DNA of 64,000 nt from Planctomycetes bacterium GWF2_41_51 (lineage in GTDB: Bacteria; Planctomycetota; Phycisphaerae; Sedimentisphaerales; UBA12454): contig MHXZ01000112.1 in the NCBI GenBank assembly GCA_001825665.1, positions 18,994 to 82,993 of the forward strand. Reading direction: 5' to 3'. The translations under genes and the position numbers were made by a program. The notes beneath the pieces were generated by a model. It saw only the letters and a list, made by a program, of their open reading frames with translations, did no database searches and was not told where the DNA came from. The first letter of the stretch is position 1; every line of letters starts with the position of its first letter. Positions 54,830 to 62,000 of this stretch are shown here, piece after piece.

Positions 54830-55254
54830 AATCTGTGGCAAAAAATAAATGGTATATAAATGGTCTTCACTTCGAATGTCAGCAGTGCGGCAATTGCTGC
54901 TCCGGCCCGGAGGAAGGTGTAATCTGGATTACAAAGCAGGAAATTGAAAAACTCGCCGAGCATTTTCAAATGATGCCTGCCGAGCTTCATAAAAAATATC
55001 TGCGCAAAATCGGCCTGCGTGTTTCCATCAAAGAAGACCCCAGGACAAAGGACTGCATCTTTCTTACAAGAACGAACGACAAGCCCGGCTGCGCGATTTA
55101 CAATTTCCGGCCGACCCAATGCCGAACATGGCCGTTCTGGTCTTATAATTTAGACAGCCCCGACGATTGGAACATCGCCGCGCAAAAATGTCCCGGCATA
55201 AATAAAGGCGGACTTCACACATTCGATGAAATCGAAAAAAAAAGAAATTTGTAA
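54817..55254 (+). CDS. YkgJ-family Cys-cluster protein (CxxCxxCC)
   Basis: [10 protein letters not shown] plus distal Cys residues (PGCAIY...CRTWPFW). It overlaps ilvD by 13 nt. Confidence 0.65.
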   Translation: MGKLKSVAKNKWYINGLHFECQQCGNCCSGPEEGVIWITKQEIEKLAEHFQMMPAELHKKYLRKIGLRVSIKEDPRTKDCIFLTRTNDKPGCAIYNFRPTQCRTWPFWSYNLDSPDDWNIAAQKCPGINKGGLHTFDEIEKKRNL

Positions 55255-55633
55255 ACAAGTCAAACAGATTTATGATTGGCTTGATGCTGAAATAAAATCA
55301 CTTAATGCCGATTGTTGCGTCTGCGGAAAATGCTGCGATTTTGACTCCTTCGGCCATAAATTATTTATAACATCTCCCGAACTGTATTATTTTTACGAAA
55401 ATTTGAAACCGCTGAAAAAAATGCCGGCCGGTGTTTGCCCTTATATGGAAAATGGCAAATGCACCGCAAGAGATTTTCGCTTCACAGGATGCCGAATCTT
55501 TTTCTGCAAAGCCGATGACGAAAAAATAAACGACTTGAGCGAACAGGCGATAAGAAAGTTTAAGGGCTTATGCAATGAATACAATTTTCCTTACAGCTAT
55601 ATGGAACTTTCAAAAGCTTTAAATGAATATTGA
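55226..55633 (+). CDS. Second YkgJ-like Cys-cluster protein
   Basis: CCVCGKCCDF...CPYMENGKCTARDFRFTGCRIFFC. It overlaps the upstream gene by 29 nt. Confidence 0.6.
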   Translation: MKSKKKEICKQVKQIYDWLDAEIKSLNADCCVCGKCCDFDSFGHKLFITSPELYYFYENLKPLKKMPAGVCPYMENGKCTARDFRFTGCRIFFCKADDEKINDLSEQAIRKFKGLCNEYNFPYSYMELSKALNEY

Positions 55634-55660
55634 TACTATAACTTCAAAACAAATACCAAT

Positions 55661-55692
55661 CGCAACCGAGACGAACCGCGCAACCGCAACCG
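55661..55692 (+). repeat. Tandem CRAACCG words (CGCAACCG-aga-CGAACCG-cg-CAACCG-CAACCG)
   Basis: Read directly in the spacer between the second YkgJ-like gene and the LysE-family gene. Confidence 0.6.
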
Positions 55693-55720
55693 TTAAACGT
55701 AACCTGCTCTTGTAGAATTT

Positions 55721-56335
55721 ATGAACCTATTTTTATTCCTAATACAGGTCGTCATCATTTCATTATCCGGCGTTCTTGCCCCCGGCCCTGTTATGGCATC
55801 TACAATTGCGCACGGAACAAAATCCAGACACGCAGGATTTTTCATTTCTCTCGGCCACTCGGCGATTGAACTGCCTCTTCTTGCCGCAATTGCTTTGGGA
55901 ATAGGTTATATTTTCGAATATCCCGCGGCAAAAACATCGATTGGCCTTATCGGCGGCGCGTATCTGCTTTGGATGGGCTGGGGAATGTTTAAGGAACTGA
56001 AAAATTATCACGAAACAAAATCATCTTTAAACTCCAGCAGCCCTTTTATGACGGGACTCGTACTTTCCGCCACTAACCCATATTTTCTGTTATGGTGGGC
56101 AACTGTCGGCCTGAATATGGCAAAAGACGCCGCAACTTTGGGTTATCTGGCGATTGTTTTGTTTGCGATTGTCCATTCACTTTGCGATATGACATGGCTG
56201 GAGCTTATTTCATTTACAAGTTACAAAGGCACAAAGCTGCTCAATGAAAAGAATCAGAAGTATATTTTGGTTTTCTGTGCCGCCGCAATTATCTTTTTCG
56301 GCCTTTATTTTATAATCAAAAGTGTTGTGTCTTAA
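55721..56335 (+). CDS. LysE-family amino-acid exporter
   Basis: Six-TM protein of about 200 aa with an N-terminal APGPV motif. Confidence 0.7.
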   Translation: MNLFLFLIQVVIISLSGVLAPGPVMASTIAHGTKSRHAGFFISLGHSAIELPLLAAIALGIGYIFEYPAAKTSIGLIGGAYLLWMGWGMFKELKNYHETKSSLNSSSPFMTGLVLSATNPYFLLWWATVGLNMAKDAATLGYLAIVLFAIVHSLCDMTWLELISFTSYKGTKLLNEKNQKYILVFCAAAIIFFGLYFIIKSVVS

Positions 56336-56362
56336 CCGAAAATCGGCGGAAAACAGGAAAAC

Positions 56363-56381
56363 GGTGTCAGGAGTCATTTAT
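56363..56381 (+). repeat. GTGTCAGGA motif copy 1 (aaaacGGTGTCAGGAGTCATTTAT)
   Basis: 12 nt upstream of the radical SAM gene ATG at 56393. Confidence 0.65.
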
Positions 56382-56392
56382 CCATTTATCTT

Positions 56393-57325
56393 ATGAATAT
56401 AGTTACCAAACAACGTAAAACCAATTTTCTGTCTTCGCCGGCACTGGACTGCCTGAGGGCTTTAGCAAATATAAATGTCTCCGCAGGCTGCGTTCACAAT
56501 TGCCTTTATTGTTATACTAAAGGCTATTCCATTTACCCGGGCGAAAATACAATTGAACTTTATGAAAATATAGTTGCTAAAGTCACAGATGAAATCAAAC
56601 GCAAAAGAAAAAAACCGCGATGCGCGTATTTTTGCTCATCCTGCGATCCATTTCAGCCGATACCGCGGATTCAGCAGATTACCTTCGATTTAATGAAAGC
56701 TCTGCTTGAAAATAACATCAATGTCCAGTTCGTAACTAAAGGCATTATATCGGATAAAACTTTTGAGTTGTTCAATGAACATCCATCAAAAATTTTCGGC
56801 CATATCGGGTTAATAACAGTTGAGGAAAAAATTTTGAAAATTTTTGAGCCTGGCGCTGCAAGTCCTCCCGTTCGCCTCAACCAGCTTGAAAGATTGACAA
56901 AAATGGGAATTGAGATGTCTGTCCGCTGCGACCCAATAATTCACGGCCTTACAGATTCAGATGAGCAATTACAAAAATTATTTTCGGCAATCGCAAACAC
57001 CGGCTGCAAACGTGTGTCGATAAGTTTTCTTTTTTTGCGCCCTGCAATTATTTCGAGTTTCAAACAAAATATCTCTGACAAAGAGACATTAGATAAAATC
57101 TTAAAACCATATTCAGCAAACAACATTTTGCCTATCGGTCTTAGTTCAAAAGGAACTGTTTTGCCGCCGGAGATAAGAAAAGCCGGCTTTGAAAAAATCG
57201 AAAAAATTGCCGCCGGTTTCGGCATAACAACCCGCATCTGCGGCTGCAAAAACAATGATATCACAACTCAGAAATGTTATCTCACTCGCGAAATAATGAA
57301 CAGTCCAAAACTTTTATTCTCCTGA
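56393..57325 (+). CDS. Radical SAM protein (SplB/DNA-repair-photolyase-like family)
   Basis: CVHNCLYCY is a CxxxCxxC cluster near the N-terminus. 310 aa. Confidence 0.7.
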   Translation: MNIVTKQRKTNFLSSPALDCLRALANINVSAGCVHNCLYCYTKGYSIYPGENTIELYENIVAKVTDEIKRKRKKPRCAYFCSSCDPFQPIPRIQQITFDLMKALLENNINVQFVTKGIISDKTFELFNEHPSKIFGHIGLITVEEKILKIFEPGAASPPVRLNQLERLTKMGIEMSVRCDPIIHGLTDSDEQLQKLFSAIANTGCKRVSISFLFLRPAIISSFKQNISDKETLDKILKPYSANNILPIGLSSKGTVLPPEIRKAGFEKIEKIAAGFGITTRICGCKNNDITTQKCYLTREIMNSPKLLFS

Positions 57326-57334
57326 AATAAAAAT

Positions 57335-57353
57335 GGTGTCAGGAACTATTTAT
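57335..57353 (+). repeat. GTGTCAGGA motif copy 2 (aaaatGGTGTCAGGAACTATTTAT)
   Basis: 10 nt after the radical SAM gene stop. Confidence 0.65.
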
Positions 57354-57396
57354 GTACTTTATTTACAATAACTTACAACTGAATATATGGCTAAAT

Positions 57397-57417
57397 AGTG
57401 TCAGGAACATTTTTTAT
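57397..57417 (+). repeat. GTGTCAGGA motif copy 3 (taaatAGTGTCAGGAACATTTTTTAT)
   Basis: 62 nt after copy 2, in the same orientation. Confidence 0.65.
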
Positions 57418-57441
57418 ACCTTTTTCAATCTTAAATCAAAA

Positions 57442-59163
57442 TCAGGTTCTTTTACTCACAACCTTCTCTCCAAAAGCCTGATGAACGATATTCCAAATCG
57501 CCAACCCGTCCGCAGCATTATAAAGTTCGTTCCGCATCGCAGGGTCGCTCATTAGCCGTGCGATGTGGCCAAGTATCTGCACCTGCGACTCGTCCTCATT
57601 TTGCGGCGTCAATATCAAATAAATCAATTGTGCCGGTTTCCCATCAGGCGAATCCCATTCGATACCTTTAGCTGATCGCCCGATTATAACCAAAGGTTTT
57701 TTAATCAAATTCGTTCGCGCATGCGGAACTGCAATCCCTTCCTCCATCGCAGTCCCCTTCGCACGTTCACGCTCCAGCACCGCTTCTTTCAACTGCTCTG
57801 CCTGAGATATGCTTTCATGCTCAGCGGCCAATTCCGCAAGTTCTTCAATCGCATTTTCTCGATTGTTTGCTTTAAGAGATGCAATGATCGCTGTGCGAGA
57901 GAAAAATTCAAGAACGCTTATCTGCGGTCTTCGTTTAATCGAGTACGCAAGCCAAGGCCCCAGTATGACAGACGACGCCACCGCTCCGAAAACTATCGCT
58001 ACAAAAATAGGTTCGGTAATTACGCCATTTTCCAGCGCAATGATACCTACAACAATCTCCATCGCTCCACCCGGAGTATGAGCAATAGCGATAGAAAGCT
58101 GATTGGCCTTGCCGATTTTTGTAAGAAGCACGCCGAGCCATGCACCAAGGAATCTTCCGCCGATTCCTATTATTGTCACCAGCAGCACAAGCCACAAGTT
58201 GAAACCGGTAAGAAAGTCAATTTTAAGCCCGATGTTCGCAAAGAATAGCGGTACAAATATCGCATATACCATTTGAGAAATAATCTGCCGTGTCCGCTGA
58301 GAAAGCGCGGTGCTTTGCCCTGCCATAATTCCCGCGATAAAAAATCCGAACAACGCGTGGATTCCGATTTTTGACGTTATCGCACCGCAGGCAAGCCCCA
58401 ACAGGCAGATAAAAGTCAATGATGAAGCGGGTTCAGGCATATTGCGTTTCTTCATCCGACCGATTACAGCCGATGCCCCGATACGGCCCGCCGTCAGACA
58501 GATTGCGGTAAACACTATCGTGCCCGCCATAATAAGCAGATTGCTCATCACTCCCATTTCCGGCTTGATGGACATTGCCAGCACAAGAGTAAATATCAGC
58601 CATCCGATAATATCGTTGACCGACAGAGCGGACATTATCAAAAAACCAAGGTCGGTTTTTGATAAACGCAAATCATGCAGCGATCTTGCCGCTACGGGCA
58701 TTGCGCTGATAGTCATTGCCGCTGCCATAAACAAAGCAAAAATAAGCCGCTGACTGGTATCAGCAAGAAATCTGTCAGGTATCAGCAGTGCGGGAAAAAA
58801 CGCGACAACCATTGGTATTATGATATCAGAGACAGCAATTTTAAGAGCATCGCCACGCTGCCGCCATGCCGCCAGAAAATCCATTTCAAGGCCCATCTCC
58901 AGAAGCAGAAAAAGCACACCAAGCCATGCGACCGTTTCGAGCATATTCTGCTGTACCATATCGGAGGGGAAAATTGCATCGTGCAGCCCGGGCGCAAATC
59001 GTCCCAGAATAGTTGGACCCAGAAATATTCCGACAAGTATTTCAGCCGTCAGCGCCGGCTGCTTAAATCGTGTGAAAATCTGTCCAAGACCGCGTGCCAG
59101 CCCAAGAAGCAAAAATACCTGAACCAGAAATAGAAATATATGCTCTTCGCTCAGATAGTGCAT
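57442..59163 (-). CDS. CPA2-type cation:proton antiporter fused to a PTS EIIA(Ntr/Fru)-type domain
   Basis: About 400 aa of Na+/H+-exchanger-type TM helices. The C-terminal ~150 aa contain GTAMEEGIAVPHARTN, the EIIA type-2 phosphorylatable His context. Confidence 0.8.
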   Translation of the reverse strand: MHYLSEEHIFLFLVQVFLLLGLARGLGQIFTRFKQPALTAEILVGIFLGPTILGRFAPGLHDAIFPSDMVQQNMLETVAWLGVLFLLLEMGLEMDFLAAWRQRGDALKIAVSDIIIPMVVAFFPALLIPDRFLADTSQRLIFALFMAAAMTISAMPVAARSLHDLRLSKTDLGFLIMSALSVNDIIGWLIFTLVLAMSIKPEMGVMSNLLIMAGTIVFTAICLTAGRIGASAVIGRMKKRNMPEPASSLTFICLLGLACGAITSKIGIHALFGFFIAGIMAGQSTALSQRTRQIISQMVYAIFVPLFFANIGLKIDFLTGFNLWLVLLVTIIGIGGRFLGAWLGVLLTKIGKANQLSIAIAHTPGGAMEIVVGIIALENGVITEPIFVAIVFGAVASSVILGPWLAYSIKRRPQISVLEFFSRTAIIASLKANNRENAIEELAELAAEHESISQAEQLKEAVLERERAKGTAMEEGIAVPHARTNLIKKPLVIIGRSAKGIEWDSPDGKPAQLIYLILTPQNEDESQVQILGHIARLMSDPAMRNELYNAADGLAIWNIVHQAFGEKVVSKRT

Positions 59164-59208
59164 AGAACCGCCTTTGTTTTTAATGGTACAAAGGAAAAAA
59201 CATTACGC

Positions 59209-59355
59209 TATAATGGTATTTGCTGATAAAATTTATAGCATCTTCTAATTAGACATCCATTAATCTTTATATAAAAAAGTAATTAGCGTCTATTCGTGAA
59301 AATATGAAGAAAGGGCATCCTTGGGTATAATAAAGTAAACCCAAATACCATTATA
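59209..59355 (+). other. Perfect 12-nt inverted repeat pair (TATAATGGTATT / AATACCATTATA) enclosing 123 nt; candidate structured RNA 5' of the transposase
   Basis: The arms lie at 59209-59220 and 59344-59355. An inner hairpin TTGGGT-N12-ACCCAA sits at about 59321-59344. Confidence 0.4.
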
Positions 59356-59369
59356 CGAAAGGAGCCCTT

Positions 59370-60431
59370 ATGAACAGTATCAATTATATCGGAGTTGATG
59401 TGCATAGCAACAATATTGAAATGGCAGTCAGGCACAAAGGGCAAATCAGTCAAAGCTTTGCTCTGCCGACATCCATTTCTGCCGTCATAACCGCCCTCGA
59501 CTCTATCAAAAGCCCGAAAATGATGGCAATCGAAGAAGGGCCAATGGCAGGCTGGCTTTACCGAAATCTGCTCAAAAAGTCGATAAATTTATCGTCTCAG
59601 AACCACGCAGAAACAAGCTCATCAGTTCTGATGGCGACCACGACGACAAAATAGACTCCGCAAAATTGGCAATGCTGCTTGAAGGCGGTTTTCTCAAAGA
59701 AGTTTATCACAGCGATGATGTTAAAAAAGCAGAGTTCAAACAGTGGGTAAATCTCTATCATGATAGAGTTAAAGACGCTGTTCGCAGCATAAATAAAATC
59801 CGGGCAGTTTGCAGAATGCAGGGAATTAAGATTCCTCGTTCGGTAATTATAAAACCTGATAATCGCTGCAAATGGCTTAGCCAATTAAGACAGGCTTCGC
59901 TTTCAGAGCAGTTGAATATGCTGTTCATAGGTTACGATGCGGCCGCACAGCAGACGCCTTGCAAAAAAACAATTGGTTCGCTTCGGGAAAAATTATCCGA
60001 TTATAAAAATCTGGCAAGAGATTGTTGGTGTGGGCTTAATAAGGGCGACAACGTTATTCGCGTATTTGGATACACCTTTTCGGTTCAGTGAAAAGAATAA
60101 GCTGTGGAAATATTGCGGCATTGGACTTGTACACACAACCAGCGGCACAGACGGCAAAGGCAGACCCAAGCCTGCAAGGTTACAGTTGCCCTGGAATTGC
60201 AGCAGGGTTTTAAAGAATGTGATTTTAGGCGCATCATTGAGCGCTATCAGACAGAAAGATAATATATTCAGAGATGATTATGAAAGGATGCTCAAAAATG
60301 GCATAACAATATCAAATGCCCGACATACTGTAGCACGAAAAATACTGACAGCGATGTGGGGTATATGGAAAAGCAGTTATCAAAATGGTGCAGTCAAATT
60401 CGACCGCCAAAAAATTACAGCAGATTGTTAA
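59370..60431 (+). pseudogene. IS110-family (DEDD) transposase disrupted by two frameshifts
   Basis: The N-terminal YIGVDVHSNNIEMAV is the DEDD motif. The protein continues in frame 2 (VDKFIVSEPRRNKLISSDGDHDDKIDSAKLAMLLEGG) and then returns to frame 0 (IVGVGLIRATTLFAYLDTPFRFSEKNKLWKYCGIGLVHTTSG, the IS116/IS110/IS902 C-domain). The frame order is 0, 2, 0. Confidence 0.8.
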
Positions 60432-60608
60432 AAGCTCTTTTACAAAGACAATTATAAGATATCGTTTTGGCATTACAGTAAAGAGTTCCGTTGTAACCGC
60501 TGGACGCCTTTAGTTGCAGTCCCCGATTCGTGAATGAACCTTTGCTTAGCTCTGCCTCAATTCTTTTTATGAACTGCCGGCGTAAGGCAAGTTCCAGATA
60601 GGTGGTTG

Positions 60609-60624
60609 GCAGCATATATGCTGC
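60609..60624. repeat. Perfect 16-nt palindrome GCAGCATATATGCTGC
   Basis: Read directly. It lies in the 3' non-coding flank of the IS110-family gene. Confidence 0.7.
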
Positions 60625-60810
60625 TGAATGAATAAAGAAAAGATGTCGCAAAATAATGTCTTTTGAGCATAAAGCACAATCAGGAAACTTGTTGGCGTGA
60701 ATGTGTCATAGAAAAATATGTAAGCACGGATGCCCTCAAAGCAAAAAATATTCGTGTAACGGAAAAAATATTACTTGACTATGAGTTCTTCATAGGTGTT
60801 TATTAGTGGT

Positions 60811-61932
60811 TTAAATTTCCTTCGCAGTATCCAAACCATTCGGCTCATTCACTTCGTTCGCATCAGCCGGTTTCTCGACGGGAATATCTTCCACAAGTTC
60901 CGCCATTGGTTTTGTGATGTTGTCCGCCATATAGGATGGAATTTTAAAGACCCAGCCTTTGGCCGAATCGTGCAGTTTCTTTGCGTTTTCCATAGCCAGC
61001 AGCTTTGCTTCTTTCTGTTTAAGAGCTTCCTGTGATTCGACGCCCTCTTCTTTCGTTACCTGCGTTTTATCTGTGAACTCTGCTTTGCATTTAATGAACG
61101 TATCGGAATCTTTTTTCGCTATCTCAAGATTAATCAGCGTTGAATCTTTCATTTTGAGATTATATTTTCTGTCGAACACCAAATCTTTAGCTTCCGACTC
61201 TGCCATCACATCGTCGAACCGCAAATTTGAGAGAGCGCCAAGCACCTGCGAACATTCGCTGTCCTTCTGTTTTTTGCCTGCCGGCAGTTCCTTCAATTTT
61301 ACAATAGCGCCATTAGCATCCGAAACAAGCGAATAAAAATCATTCGGCCCCGCTACAGTAACCCAGTCTATATTTTCCTTCTTTACATAGATAAGGTCTT
61401 TATTCATATAATCGACCGCTGGCCCCTGTATCCAGGGAACATCGCTTAGTACATAAACTTTTTTATCATTAAAGAGTTTACCGTATGCGTAACTGCCTTT
61501 TCCAGATTCGGTATCTTTGCCGATAATAAAGCCGGTGATAAGTTTGTCATCAGCCCCGAAAAACTGAATGCTTCCCTTCGATTCTTCCTCAGTAACGCCG
61601 AGGTCTTTATAATTTTTCTCGTCCTCGGTGTACAATTCGACAATCTTGATATCGAGGCTCGATGTAAAAAGATTGTTAACGACTTTATTCGCTGCCGGGT
61701 AGCCCGCTTTTTCCGCGATAACAAAACCGTCTTTCCTGCGGTTCAGCGTAACGACATTATCTTCCTGCTTGACGATAATCTTTTGTACCGCTGATGGGTC
61801 AAGTCCCTGTATAAGCGCGCCAGTCGCCGATGCCGCTGGTTTGCTTTTGTTTGCGTATTGTGAAACTACAACTGCAAGAACAACCGAAATTACCGCTGCA
61901 ATACCTAAAAATGATAACTTTCTATCACTCAT
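60811..61932 (-). CDS. DUF4340-like protein (GldG-associated)
   Basis: N-terminal TM anchor (LSFLGIAAVISVVLAVVVS). It sits immediately downstream of a GldG-like gene, the usual position for DUF4340 proteins. Confidence 0.6.
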   Translation of the reverse strand: MSDRKLSFLGIAAVISVVLAVVVSQYANKSKPAASATGALIQGLDPSAVQKIIVKQEDNVVTLNRRKDGFVIAEKAGYPAANKVVNNLFTSSLDIKIVELYTEDEKNYKDLGVTEEESKGSIQFFGADDKLITGFIIGKDTESGKGSYAYGKLFNDKKVYVLSDVPWIQGPAVDYMNKDLIYVKKENIDWVTVAGPNDFYSLVSDANGAIVKLKELPAGKKQKDSECSQVLGALSNLRFDDVMAESEAKDLVFDRKYNLKMKDSTLINLEIAKKDSDTFIKCKAEFTDKTQVTKEEGVESQEALKQKEAKLLAMENAKKLHDSAKGWVFKIPSYMADNITKPMAELVEDIPVEKPADANEVNEPNGLDTAKEI

Positions 61933-61950
61933 TGAATCGACTCCATTTTT

Positions 61951-61993
61951 AAATCTTCAATTTTCAATCTCAAATTTCAAATTTCGATTTTCC
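61951..61993 (+). repeat. AATCTTCAAT / AAATTTCAA word repeats
   Basis: aaatcttcaattttcaatctcaaatttcaaatttcgattttcc, located between the GldG-like stop and the DUF4340 start. Confidence 0.6.
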
Positions 61994-62000
61994 ATTTTCT

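Larger units (their letters stand above)
59164..60810 (+). mobile_element. IS110-family insertion sequence remnant (boundaries not resolved)
   Basis: A frameshifted IS110/IS1111-type transposase flanked by non-coding stretches of 206 nt (5') and 379 nt (3'). A sub-terminal 11/12 inverted match occurs between AGGGCATCCtTG (59312-59323) and CAcGGATGCCCT (60725-60736). Confidence 0.5.

Noticed and set aside
57352-57555. A 67-aa + strand ORF starting right after GTGTCAGGA motif copy 2 (AGGAActatttATG).
   Set aside because: It is mostly antisense to the 3' end of the antiporter gene, and the peptide is low-complexity and rich in F, N and Y. The AGGAA is more likely part of the repeat than an RBS.
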